DNA from: a bacterium
GTDB taxonomy: Bacteria > SAR324 > NAC60-12
DNA length: 64,000 bases
Assembly: GCA_965209155.1 (NCBI GenBank)
Contig: OZ242383.1
Coordinates: 2,528,001-2,592,000, forward strand
Direction: 5' to 3'
Positions 30,116-40,531 of the stretch are shown here, in pieces. Position numbers and translations under genes: made by a program. The notes under the pieces were generated by a model that had not been told where the DNA came from, searched no databases, and saw only the letters and a program-made list of their open reading frames with translations. Numbering within the stretch: position 1 is the stretch's first letter; every line of letters starts with the position of its first letter.

Positions 30116-31789
30116 CCTAAATCCTGCAATTAGATGACAAACAAAGATGGAAATGGTAATATACTCAAATAGTTAACAACAAATTCAACATTTTGAGAGA
30201 TCACCATTTCCATGCAAAACAAAGTTAGCACAAGATCGGCAAGAACGAAAGCAAAAAACATCCATATCCGCCAGGGAGGCAGAGACCTGACAGCGCAAGC
30301 AGGCTTGATTCCGGTTGTTAAATTTTTTCACAAACACGGGATTGTTTCGAAGACAGAGCAGAGCATAGATCATCAGCGTGGCGCCACGAGTCTTTATGAC
30401 GCGGTGGACATGGTCATTTTATCGGTGGTTGGCATTATTGGTGGCGCCCGTTCGATTCGTTCGATTGTAACAGTTTGGAACGACCGTGTATTGAGTCGTG
30501 CGGCCGGTTGGTTGAGGATTCCGGATGAAACCACATTCGGTCGCATACTGCGTACTTTCACACAGAAAAACATCCATGAGATGGAGAGCTTGAACCATCG
30601 GATTCGAGCCGGTATCTGGCGCAAGGCGCTTCGAAGTGGAACAAGCAACGTTGGGGGGTTACGCCGTCTTGTGATTGACGTGGACTCCACTGTGAAAACG
30701 GCCTATGGCAAGCAACAAGGAGTGTCTGTCGGATATAATCCCCACAAACGCGGTGCCGCTTCGTATCATCCTCTGTTGGCATTTTGCGCAGAGACCAAGG
30801 AGATTCTTCAGGGTTGGCTTCGTGACGGGAGTGCCTATACCAGCAATGGAGTCGTTGAATTCATGCGACAACTTCTTGCTCAGCTTCCGAATCGGACTCG
30901 CACTCTGTTTCGTGGAGACAGTGGTTTTTTTGTGGGGGATTTGCTGGATTTCCTCGACGAACGAGGCCATGGCTACCTGATCAAGGTCAAACTCAAGGGG
31001 CTCGTGTCGTTATTGGAAACGCAAAAATGGCAAAAAGTGAAAGGGCAGCCCGCTTGGGAAGGGTGTGAGTTTTACCACCAATGCGAAACTTGGGGCGCGT
31101 CAAGAAAATTCATGGCCGTACGCAGGGAGAAAGAGGAGGAACTCAAAGAAATGGCCACCCTCTTTGAGATGAAGGAGTACGATTATTTTTGTTATGTTCT
31201 CACCGATGCGCTCACTCCCTGGCAGGCTCACAAAGAGTATGGCCAGAGGGCCGCCGCTGAGACATGGATCGAGGAAGCAAAAAATCAAACCGCGCTGGCT
31301 CAGATTAAAACCGATGATTTTTGGGCCAACAGTGCCTTGTTCCAATGCGCGATACTCGCTTACAACATGATGCGCTGGATGGCCCTTTGTAGTGGTAATG
31401 CAATGCTGCGTCGTTGGGAACCGGCCACCATGCGCACCTATCTTGTCCGAATGGCAGGAAAATGGACGAGTGGCGCTCGTCAACAAAAACTGAGAGTTCC
31501 AGAAAGAACACTTTACCATGCTCAATGGGATGCATGGGTCGCGGTTGGAGAGACCTAGCTCCTTTGTTTCACTCCAGTGGAAACGTTTTGCTGAGATGTC
31601 GATCCCCAAATCCAGGGAGAAGTACGTCTTGAATGCGGATCATCACAAAATATGACGATCTAATGGAGGGCGGAAAAACCTTTATGAGCAAGGACTGATG
31701 GAAATTCAACTCTCAAATCCTTTTTTTTTAAAAAATACTGTCAAAGAGTGGGGGAAACTCAATCAAAATATGCAATTGCAGGATTTAGG
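30116..31789 (+). mobile_element. IS1380 family insertion sequence, intact
   Basis: TIR CCTAAATCCTGCAATT / AATTGCAGGATTTAGG, with a 5-bp TSD TTTAA at 30111-30115 and 31790-31794. Confidence 0.9.
30212..31558 (+). CDS. IS1380 family DDE transposase
   Basis: LTAQAGL, IDVDST..YGKQQG..GYNP, LFRGDSGFF, YGQRAAAETWIEEAK, FWANSA. Confidence 0.9.
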   Translation: MQNKVSTRSARTKAKNIHIRQGGRDLTAQAGLIPVVKFFHKHGIVSKTEQSIDHQRGATSLYDAVDMVILSVVGIIGGARSIRSIVTVWNDRVLSRAAGWLRIPDETTFGRILRTFTQKNIHEMESLNHRIRAGIWRKALRSGTSNVGGLRRLVIDVDSTVKTAYGKQQGVSVGYNPHKRGAASYHPLLAFCAETKEILQGWLRDGSAYTSNGVVEFMRQLLAQLPNRTRTLFRGDSGFFVGDLLDFLDERGHGYLIKVKLKGLVSLLETQKWQKVKGQPAWEGCEFYHQCETWGASRKFMAVRREKEEELKEMATLFEMKEYDYFCYVLTDALTPWQAHKEYGQRAAAETWIEEAKNQTALAQIKTDDFWANSALFQCAILAYNMMRWMALCSGNAMLRRWEPATMRTYLVRMAGKWTSGARQQKLRVPERTLYHAQWDAWVAVGET

Positions 31790-31814
31790 TTTAATTTTAT
31801 AATAGGAATTGCAT

Positions 31815-32258
31815 ATGAAGTCTCATACTACAAAATTAAATCAAAACGTACAAAAGGTAATTTGCGATGCTCTTGAAAGAGGGCATTCGCTTTCGACTGC
31901 AGCGGCAATGGCGGGAGTATCGGCGAGATCTGCGCTAAGATGGAAGGCACGAGGACGAGCAGAGGATAAGCGCCTGGACAATGACTATAATTTGCCGGTG
32001 AAACAGGAAGAAGCAATTTATCTCGATTTCTTTCACGCGACCGAAAAGGCGGTTGCGCTCGCGGTGGACAAATATTTAAAAATTTTAATGACCGGGGACG
32101 CCAACGAAGTTAAAAATGCGGAAAGGATTCTCACCCGCTGTTTCCCCGGAATCTGGGGAGATAAATATCAGTTGCAAGAGCGAATCGAGGAATTTCAACT
32201 ACAAATGGAAAAAGTAATGGATACTATTGGAAAGGGAGGTTATGTCTTCAAATACTGA
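31815..32258 (+). CDS. Phage-type HTH protein resembling terminase small subunit-like proteins
   Basis: TKLNQNVQKVICDALERG..LSTAAAMAGVS...RWKARG...YLDFF..EKA...ILTRCFP..WG. Confidence 0.5.
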   Translation: MKSHTTKLNQNVQKVICDALERGHSLSTAAAMAGVSARSALRWKARGRAEDKRLDNDYNLPVKQEEAIYLDFFHATEKAVALAVDKYLKILMTGDANEVKNAERILTRCFPGIWGDKYQLQERIEEFQLQMEKVMDTIGKGGYVFKY

Positions 32259-32613
32259 TCTTTCAAGGAAAATGACTGCGCTGGAAAATCAGATGGCGAA
32301 AATCTTAAAACCGGTAGCCTTATCTAGTTTTGGAAAACCCTGCACCCACACCGAAGTCGATGGCGTATGTCCACATGGATGCCTCAGTCCGGACGATGTG
32401 AAATCTTTCATTGAATTTTTTAACTCCCGTCCTTTAGTATTTACCCATGGACTTGGTTCATCCTCGGAATTTGAAAAAGCAGAGGGTAAGATCAAGGTAA
32501 CATGCGTACAAGGGAATCAAGGTTTTGAAGTTTTAAGAAAAGGCGATTATTTGGTAAAATCGAGTGAAGAAGGTGAGGAATTAGTGGTAAAGATTCCCAG
32601 AAAAAGCACCTGA
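32242..32613 (+). CDS. Hypothetical protein
   Basis: Overlaps the upstream gene and has a GGAGG RBS before the ATG. No family recognised. Confidence 0.5.
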   Translation: MSSNTDLSRKMTALENQMAKILKPVALSSFGKPCTHTEVDGVCPHGCLSPDDVKSFIEFFNSRPLVFTHGLGSSSEFEKAEGKIKVTCVQGNQGFEVLRKGDYLVKSSEEGEELVVKIPRKST

Positions 32614-33259
32614 ATCCATTCGGCGAAAGTCTGTACATGCGTTTCTCCTTCCCGCAGTTCGCAGCATTGTCATTCCGGGCACAGACCCGGAATCCAGTGC
32701 GCCTCGGTGCCTTCCCTTTGTGTCATTCCTGCGAAGCAGGAATGACAAGACGAGGGGCTGGACCTGAAAGGACAACACTGCGAATCGACGGAAGGACATG
32801 ACGAGGGTTAGGCCAGGAAGGACCCGGAATCCAGGGCATGTACGAACTGTCACCGCCATCTACCAGCGTGTTGGTCATCCTCGCGAAAATTCTCCCCGCT
32901 AATCTAGTCCCTGCTAAACTTGTCCCTGCTTTCGCAGGGAGCAGGGAGCAGGAATCCAGGAGTGTGTCATTCCCGGCACAGGGAGTGTCATTCCTGGCTT
33001 GACCAGGAATCCAGAGGAATGCGAAATCAGGTATTAGTTATTCGCTATTTCAAATGATTGTTTAATCGGAGGGGAAAAATGGAAACCATAACGAAAAACG
33101 ATTTCGAATCCCTTCCCGCTATCCAGTCCAAATGCATACCATTCCATAGACAATGGAGTCCTTGACCCCCTTTCTATGTCATTCCTGCAAAGCTCGTCCC
33201 TGAGAAACTTGTCCCTGCTTCTTATTTTTCGCTCGTAATGACACACTCTTGGCTTTGTG

Positions 33260-33892
33260 ATTTTCTCATGGAATGACAGCCTTAAGCTATTCAGAAAAAG
33301 TGGTCCAATTTTTCAGGTCGAGTGAAGAAACTGAAGAAATAGAGGTGATCCGATTTTTCAGGTCGAGTGAAGAAACTGAAGAAATAATGGGCATTTTTCC
33401 CACGCAAGTGGGCATCCAGGAAATCGAAACAGCCCCTGGATTCCTGGTCTGGGCCAGGAATGACACTTTTTTGACTTCGGGTTTTTTCTCATGGAATGAC
33501 AGCCTTAAGCAATTCAGAAAAAGTGGTCCAATTTTTTAGGTCGAGTGAAGAAACTGAAGAAATAGAGGTGATCCGATTTTTCAGGTCGAGTGAAGAAACT
33601 GAAGAAATAATGGGCATTATTCCCGCGCAAGTGGGCATCCAGGAAATCGAAACAACCCCTGGATTCCTGGTCTGGGCCAGGAATGACACATTCTTGGATT
33701 GGTGGTTTTCGCCTGGAATGACGCACTCCTGGATTCCGGATCAACGCCCGGAATGACACAATCCTGGATTGCCGGTCTTTGCCCGGAATGACACTTTTCT
33801 GACTTCGGGTTTTTTCTCATGGAATGACAGCCTTAAGGTATTCAGAAGAGGTTAACCGATTTTTCAGGTCGAGTGAAGAAACTGAAGAAATA
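33260..33892. repeat. Iteron-like repeats TTTTCAGGTCGAGTGAAGAAACTGAAGAAATA (5 copies) within 223-bp duplicated units
   Basis: Copies end at 33341, 33386, 33564, 33609 and 33892. Confidence 0.8.
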
Positions 33893-33930
33893 CCAGGCAA
33901 TATTCCTCAAACTTTTATTTTGACGCGCTT

Positions 33931-34033
33931 TTTGAGAACCATTGCCGTCGGATGGAAGCAGGCGAAAGTGGAGCAGAACGCTCAGGCCATCGTCAAGGAG
34001 GCTGGTGAGTTTTACGACCAGCTGCGCGTGTAA
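33931..34033 (+). pseudogene. rmuC: Short internal fragment of an RmuC-like gene
   Basis: LRTIAVGWKQAKVEQNAQAIVKEAGEFYDQL resembles the conserved RmuC segment. Confidence 0.55.
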
Positions 34034-34556
34034 GGGAGCACGCGAACCGCGTCAGCGTCGCCTTGAACAAAGCCGTTGACGCGCAAACCAAGAGCGTCCG
34101 GATTTATGATTCCGTCTGATTGAGGGTGAGCAAATAGAATGACCTGTCCCTTAAAAAAGAGAAGATGACTCCCTAGCGAGTCGTTCTCTATTAAGAGACA
34201 GGCCAATGATCTAAAAAAATAGGATAATTTTTAAATAATTTCAAATTTTTTCTTGAGCATTGGATCATTTGAATATACTGATGCTGAAGACCAACGGGGT
34301 TAAGAGACTGTTTGGATAAAAAATTGCCTGTTTACCAGATTTCCATTTTTTTAAAAGGAGATTGATGTATCCAAGCAATTTAAGAAGCCCTCTGGAAAAA
34401 CCCGTTCCTCACCCGAAACGCTCATGCCAAACTTCCAGGCCCGACCCCCTTCTCATGACTCGAGGCCTCGGCGGGTCGTTACTGCCTTAACGGGTAAGAG
34501 ACTAACACTCTCTATTTCTTGCCAGCTTTCCTGGCGCACAGCCTGCCCCCCTACCT

Positions 34557-34790
34557 TCAATCAAAAATGTTTTGTGGAAGATTGAAATGTCGAATAATTG
34601 ATTTCTGGTAACCTGGATATATTTCAGTCTTATTACCATGAAACTTGATTGGATAGTGTCTGGCTTTACCCAAAATATCTGGATGGACAATCATCCGGTG
34701 ACTTCCCTTACCTCGGTAACCAGAGACATTGAATCGAGTATCATGTTTTTTCAGAATTTTTATGATTTCACGATAGGTACGAGTTTTCAC
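34557..34790 (-). CDS. hicA: HicA family toxin
   Basis: YREIIKILKK...RGKGSHRMIVHP...PIKFHG...IIRHFNL. Confidence 0.75.
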   Translation of the reverse strand: MKTRTYREIIKILKKHDTRFNVSGYRGKGSHRMIVHPDILGKARHYPIKFHGNKTEIYPGYQKSIIRHFNLPQNIFD

Positions 34791-35137
34791 GGATGAAGGG
34801 ATTCATGAGAAGTGTTCTGGTTGATGGAAGGCATAAATACATCTTGAACAATAGAATCTTTCTCATGCCCTTTTGATTCCAAATCCATTCTTCTTTGTTT
34901 GATTTCTTCAATTACGATTTTTTCATACAAATCCAAATAATATTTATCTGCCTGAATAAAGATTTGATCCAATGTGCCATGGTGAATGGCATAACTTATT
35001 TGGAATTCAATGGTCTCTAAGAGATCATCCAAAGCCTCTTTGGAATTTTTCCCATACCCCCTTAAATTCATATCAATCGCAATGGCATACCAACCATCAT
35101 CCTCGTGAACCCCTAAAACTTTCAGTGCAATGCTCAT
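34787..35137 (-). CDS. hicB: HicB-like antitoxin (upstream of hicA)
   Basis: EDDGWYAIAIDMNLRGYGKNSKEALDDLLETI. Confidence 0.6.
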   Translation of the reverse strand: MSIALKVLGVHEDDGWYAIAIDMNLRGYGKNSKEALDDLLETIEFQISYAIHHGTLDQIFIQADKYYLDLYEKIVIEEIKQRRMDLESKGHEKDSIVQDVFMPSINQNTSHESLHP

Positions 35138-35679
35138 CGTGACCTCCCCCTTCATATTCTGATAGTTAAAGATGATGTTTTATTATCCCATTCGATAAGT
35201 TACTTGTAATATATTGCGAAAAAACGTCAATTTATCAACAATAAATTCTTCAAAGGATGACTCGAGGCGGGATCTTAATACCAGAATACCTGACCCCCGA
35301 TCCCAGGCAGTGCGAATGGCAATTCTATTGCGGAAAACGTGGGTCGAAACATTTACGGAAATATGATATTTTCAGATATCTTTTAACGACTTTCTGAAAA
35401 GGGCAATCTTGATTTCGACGCCCCGGTGAGGACGCCGAGCTATGAGCAACACCTAATCCATTAAGGAAGAATGCCCGATTATTGGTCCGACCTCCGGGAG
35501 CGACCCTTTGGTTAGAATAAGGACGATTCCATTCATCGGGCAACCCGACAAATGAATGGATTATACTCGCTGAATAGCACCATCCTGCAATGATTTGGGA
35601 ATTGCAAAATAAAAAAGCGATCTTGATAAATTGAATATGTTTTGGTAGATTTCCAGGAACTGAAATAGAAGGAGGAATT

Positions 35680-35970
35680 ATGGAAGCAACAACGAAAGAG
35701 GATTTGAGCGGACTGAAAGAGGATTTCAGAGAATTGAAAAGTGAATGGAAAGAGGATTTCAGAACACTCAGAACTGAATTGAAAAATGATCTAAGAGAGG
35801 TCCTTAATAAACTGGATAAGTTATCGGATGATCACGTTCAACTCTCCAAATCCGTATCCAAGTTAGAAGGAAAGTTTTTCTACCTGAATTGGCTTTTTGG
35901 AATTGTGATCGTTTTCGTGATTGGTGCAATCGGTCGGATTGCATTCTTCCCCAATCTACCAATGCCTTAA
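35680..35970 (+). CDS. Small coiled-coil protein with C-terminal TM helix
   Basis: TTKEDL...KEDFR repeats, tail LNWLFGIVIVFVIGAIG, and an AGGAGG RBS. Confidence 0.75.
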   Translation: MEATTKEDLSGLKEDFRELKSEWKEDFRTLRTELKNDLREVLNKLDKLSDDHVQLSKSVSKLEGKFFYLNWLFGIVIVFVIGAIGRIAFFPNLPMP

Positions 35971-36159
35971 CTTAAAAGTCTCAGAATCATGGAGACCTTA
36001 AATGTTAATTGGATTTGCATTGAAAAAAATATTTGAGAAATTAAAAATAAGAAGTGCCCCCTTTCCAAATCGGATTCCTCTTCCAATCCGGTTTCAAAGT
36101 ATGGCGCAATGCAATCATCCTTTATTAATCAGAAAACCCGACAAATCACCTTGCCTTTG

Positions 36160-37900
36160 ACGCTTTTGCGCCAGTTATCGGTTGTCAGTTCCTTCACGAG
36201 TCTCCTTTGTGCCTCTCTTCCCTTTGTGCGTTCCCCCCTTTGTGTCATTCCTGGCTTGACCAGGAATCCAGGGAATCAATGACGCCTTTCCTGTCCCCGC
36301 CCCGGAATCCAGTGTATTAAGGATGTCCTTCCAGGCTTGCCCAGGAATCCAGAAATGATAAGACGACGGGCTGCGCTTTAATACAAGAGGACAAGACGAG
36401 GTTGGAGCCAGGAATGACAACACAGGGGCTGGACCTGGAAGGAGAACACTGCCTATCTTCGTAAGGAAAGTATCGCAACCAACCCTGGATTCCTGGTCTG
36501 GGCCAGGAATGACAAGACGACGGACTGCCCTTTAATAATGACGACAGACTGCCCTTTAATAATAAGGTTGCAGTTCCTGCACGAGTCTCCCCTCTTCCCT
36601 TTGTGCCTTTGTGCCTCTCTTCTCGCCTTTGTGCCTCTCTTCTCGCCTTTGTGCCTCTCTTCCTTTGTGCCTTCCCTTAAAAAATTGATTGATAAAAACG
36701 CAAATTTTTATAAAATATCTCCAATTCTTCAATGACGACAAAGGAGAACGCCATGAGTGATGAAACATTAAGAGATTTGCAAAAATCCAAATCGCTTGTG
36801 CTGGAAATCATTGAACGGTTGACGAAAGTCGAAACTCAATTGGTAAGCAAAGCCGACAAAGCCGATCTTCAAGAAATGGAATCTAATTTATTGAAATGGC
36901 TCATCGGAACGATTTTGGCTTGTTTCGTTGTCTTGGGGGCGTTTTTGAAATATTTTTAACCGCATTCCTCAGCGAGTCATTCCTGGCTCCGATCCGGAAC
37001 CGGAAGGAAAGTATCGCCACCCACCCTGGATTCCTGCGTTCGCAGGAATGACACGTTTTTGCACTCCGGATTCACATAATAATGATGTGTTTTGCTGGTC
37101 CCGGATCATCTCGGACTTGATCAGGAATCCAGTATGCCTTCCCTCTGTGCCTTTGCGCCTCTCTTCCCTTTGTGCCTTTGTACCTTTGTGCCGTGCCAGT
37201 TATCGGTTATCAGTGATCAGTTTTCAGTTATCGTTTCCTTCACACGTCTCTTTTGTGCGTTCCCCCCTTTGTGTCATTCCTGGCTTGACCAGGAATCCAG
37301 GGAATCAATGACGCCTTTCCTGTCCCCGCCCCGGAATCCAGTGTATTGAGGATGTCGTAGCTGCGCAATCGGGAATCCAGGAATGACAAGACGACGGCCT
37401 GCGCTTTAATAATAAGGTTGCAGGTCATGCGCCTCTCTTCCTTTGTGCCTCTGTGCCTTTCTTCCTTTGTGCCTCTCTTCTCGCCTTTGTGCCGTGGCGC
37501 TTTGGCGCCAGTGATCAGTCGTCGGTTGTCAGTTATCAGTTCCTGCACGAGTCACCAATCTTCCTTTGTGCCTTTGTGCCTTTGTGCCGTGGCGCTTTAG
37601 CGCCAGTTATCAGTTATCAGTTATCAGTGATCAGTGATCAGTGATCAGTGATCAGTGATCAGTTCCTTCACGAGTCACCAATCTTCCTTTGTGCCTTTGT
37701 GCCTTCCCTCAGTGCCTTTGTGCCTTGGAGCCAGTTATCGGTTATCAGTTGTCAGTGATCGGTGATCAGTTCCTTCACGAGTCTCCTTTGCACATTTGCG
37801 CCTCTCTTCCTTTGTGCCTTTGTGCCTCTCTTCCTTTGTGCCTTTGTGCCTTTGTGCCTCTGTGCCTTCCCCTTTGCACTCCGGATTCACGTATTCAATA
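36160..37900. repeat. Composite repeat tract enclosing one small gene between ~105-bp direct repeats
   Basis: 36223-36328 is repeated at 37252-37357; octamer and heptamer runs are also present. Confidence 0.85.
36753..36959 (+). CDS. Small coiled-coil + TM protein (DUF1640-like)
   Basis: RLTKVETQL..KADKADLQEMESNLLKWLIGTILACFVVLGAFLKYF. Confidence 0.75.
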   Translation: MSDETLRDLQKSKSLVLEIIERLTKVETQLVSKADKADLQEMESNLLKWLIGTILACFVVLGAFLKYF

Positions 37901-38145
37901 ATAATGTATTTTTTAAACAGGCTCTGAAAAAAAAATGTTGACAAACCAGGAAAACCGTGATTTACTGGGATTCATGTCTCTTACCAGTCTCCTCCATAGA
38001 GACCGATCGTTCGTCTTTCACCAAGGCGAACGATCCATCCCTTCCATGGACGAGGAGGGGTGAGGGACGGGTGATTGCTGGAGTGAATTCTGAAAAAAAA
38101 TATTTTTCTTGCTTGCATTGTATTAAAAAGTTGCATAAATTATCA

Positions 38146-38215
38146 AAAAAGATTTAAAAAAAATAAAAAAGATTTAAAAAAGTGCTTGACTTTCAAATCT
38201 TTTTTTAATATTTTA
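38146..38215 (+). promoter_or_regulatory. Putative sigma70 promoter with operator-like repeats
   Basis: AAAAAGATTTAAAAA occurs twice, and an inverted TTTCAAATCTTTTT flanks TTGACT at about 38186. Confidence 0.4.
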
Positions 38216-38591
38216 TGCCAATGACAAGCTCCTGCATGTCATTGGTGATCGTCTTTGATGAAATTTCTCAACGCGGATTTCGTGTGGGAGCACCCCGGAA
38301 ATGCGCTTAAAGAGGAAGGCAATGACGAAAGATGAACGCCCCCGCAATGCTTGCCGTCATCAATGGAATCGAAGCCCAATGGGAGGCCTGGCTGAGGCCG
38401 AGATTGTTGAGGTGGGTGGCAAGGTCGATAAACCCGAGTTGATTGGCTCGTAGTGAGAAGGAAAATACTGCGATGGATCAGCGGGTATTGGGGATAACAT
38501 CGTAATTTCTTGTTTCAATTGAGCGTTCCGGCATCCTTTTTGAATGTCGGAGTATTGAGTGTGTTGAATGAACGTTTGTGAAATTAATTCT

Positions 38592-40439
38592 ATGGAGAAA
38601 GACATGAGAGAAAAAATAAAAAATGAACCAGGTGAAATCCAATTTTTCGCTTCCCTTGGGAAGTCGAACCTCAAGACGTGGTTGGGGATCTTTTTGTTGA
38701 TTGCGTCAGTGGCTCTTTTCAGTGCCTGCGCCCCCACGGGAGATGACGCGGAACCGACAACCCCCGATGTAACGCAAGAACCTGATCCTGAACCCACAAC
38801 CCCTCCGGCTCCTCTTGAGCTCACTACCCTCGAAGTCGCCCAGAAGGATGCTTCCGATGCAATGGATGCCGCCAAGACGGCGGCTGATATGGCCAAGGAT
38901 GCATACGATGCGGCAGCCATGGCAGGGGCGAATCGCGCGACCATCCAAACCGGTTCCAAGATGTATGATATGAACCTGGATGCCGCCAAGGATGCGTACG
39001 ACGACGCCATGGAAGCCTACGAGACCGCCAAGATGGAATCCGAAGCGGCACAGGCAGCGACGGACGTGGTAACGGCCACCAAGGCTGCCGTCAGGGCCGA
39101 GGACGCGCAAAAAGACGCTGAAGAAGCATTGGAAATGGCAGATACCGCCTCAAAAGCCGCGGTGGAAGCTGCCATGAGTCTGCTGATGTACAACAATGCG
39201 TATTCTATCGGCGATAAAATGATTGATTTGGATGCGTCGAATCAGGTTGTGACGACCACTACTGGCGGGACGACCAAGATAGTCAATACGGGATTCCAAG
39301 AAGACCTGAAGCAGGAATCAGTTGGAATGGAAACGGGGGTAGCGTTTGCAGCCAACACGGATCCCACTGAGGATACAGAATACGTTCAAGGCAGGGCGGC
39401 GCGGGACATCATTATCGGCAAGACCGTCGATTCAGCAGACGATTCGGCACGGCTGGCCATCATCACCAGCTATGTTGGCACGAAGACAGTCAAAGTGTTT
39501 GCATACGGTGAAGTTAATCCAGGTATAGACTCCACAGCCGACGGGCGGACGGGTACGGTGCTGGGTAAACTCACCCTCAACGACCATAACGCTGACACTA
39601 CCGACGACACCAACAATACGACCCTGAGGTCCTTGGGCAAGTACTACCTCGCGGGTGGTGATGGCGTTACCGACCTCGCAGGAACCCTTGTGATCGCAGC
39701 CAATACCGAACCCGTGACGGTGTACTCCTACGTGGATCCCGACTCGGATGGTGACGGTACTGCGGACGACCCCATGACGCACTATTTGGTGATGGACAGC
39801 CAGCGTACAGATGGCGGTACCACCACCTACATCTACCGGGAAGTTGACATCACGGCTGCAATTAGTGATGATGTCACTGACGGTACGGCCGACGACGAAA
39901 AAATGGTGACGACCACCCTCCCCGACGCCGCTGAATATGAACATATCAACTTCGGAGTCTGGACCAACCTGAACGAGGACGGTACCGCCGCTAGTGCCAT
40001 CGGCATCGGCTTCGTCCAGAGCGTCGGCGACGGGATGACCGAGGCTTCGGACATGCCGAACCACATGAGTGCCGAATATAACGGCAACTGGGTTGCCACG
40101 GTGCAGGTAATCGACGAAGAAGGCGACGGGGCGGTAAACCTGGAGGATGGCGAGGCGACAATAACGGCGGACTTCGAAAAGTTGACAGTTGAGGCCGTGT
40201 TGAAGGACCTTGCCACGCTCTCCGCTGACATTGACATCGACGGGAACACGTTCTCCGGGACTGAGGTGTCCGATATGGATAACGGCAACCTGAGCAGCAA
40301 CGCTGACGACTTCAAGGGCTCCACCTCCGGCGGCTTCTTCGGCACCCGGGCGGCGGAAATCGGCGGTGTTTTTAGTTTCACATCTGAGGACAACAACAAG
40401 GACGGCGCGTTCAGCGGAGCGTTTGGCGGCCAAAGGTAA
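38592..40439 (+). CDS. TbpB-like surface lipoprotein, copy 2
   Basis: Same signal and lipobox as copy 1; C-terminus GGFFGTRAAEIGGVF...GAFGGQR. Confidence 0.8.
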   Translation: MEKDMREKIKNEPGEIQFFASLGKSNLKTWLGIFLLIASVALFSACAPTGDDAEPTTPDVTQEPDPEPTTPPAPLELTTLEVAQKDASDAMDAAKTAADMAKDAYDAAAMAGANRATIQTGSKMYDMNLDAAKDAYDDAMEAYETAKMESEAAQAATDVVTATKAAVRAEDAQKDAEEALEMADTASKAAVEAAMSLLMYNNAYSIGDKMIDLDASNQVVTTTTGGTTKIVNTGFQEDLKQESVGMETGVAFAANTDPTEDTEYVQGRAARDIIIGKTVDSADDSARLAIITSYVGTKTVKVFAYGEVNPGIDSTADGRTGTVLGKLTLNDHNADTTDDTNNTTLRSLGKYYLAGGDGVTDLAGTLVIAANTEPVTVYSYVDPDSDGDGTADDPMTHYLVMDSQRTDGGTTTYIYREVDITAAISDDVTDGTADDEKMVTTTLPDAAEYEHINFGVWTNLNEDGTAASAIGIGFVQSVGDGMTEASDMPNHMSAEYNGNWVATVQVIDEEGDGAVNLEDGEATITADFEKLTVEAVLKDLATLSADIDIDGNTFSGTEVSDMDNGNLSSNADDFKGSTSGGFFGTRAAEIGGVFSFTSEDNNKDGAFSGAFGGQR

Positions 40440-40531
40440 TTTCTGTAGCATCTGACCATCCTGACTACATCGAGTGCCCGGGTCCTTGCCGGATCTGGGC
40501 GCTTCTTTCTTTTCAATCATAAAGGGGCGAC

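Noticed and set aside
33260..33892. CRISPR array
   Set aside because: The spacers are only about 13 bp or are themselves repeated, and no cas genes are present. The REP clusters also lack regular unique spacers.
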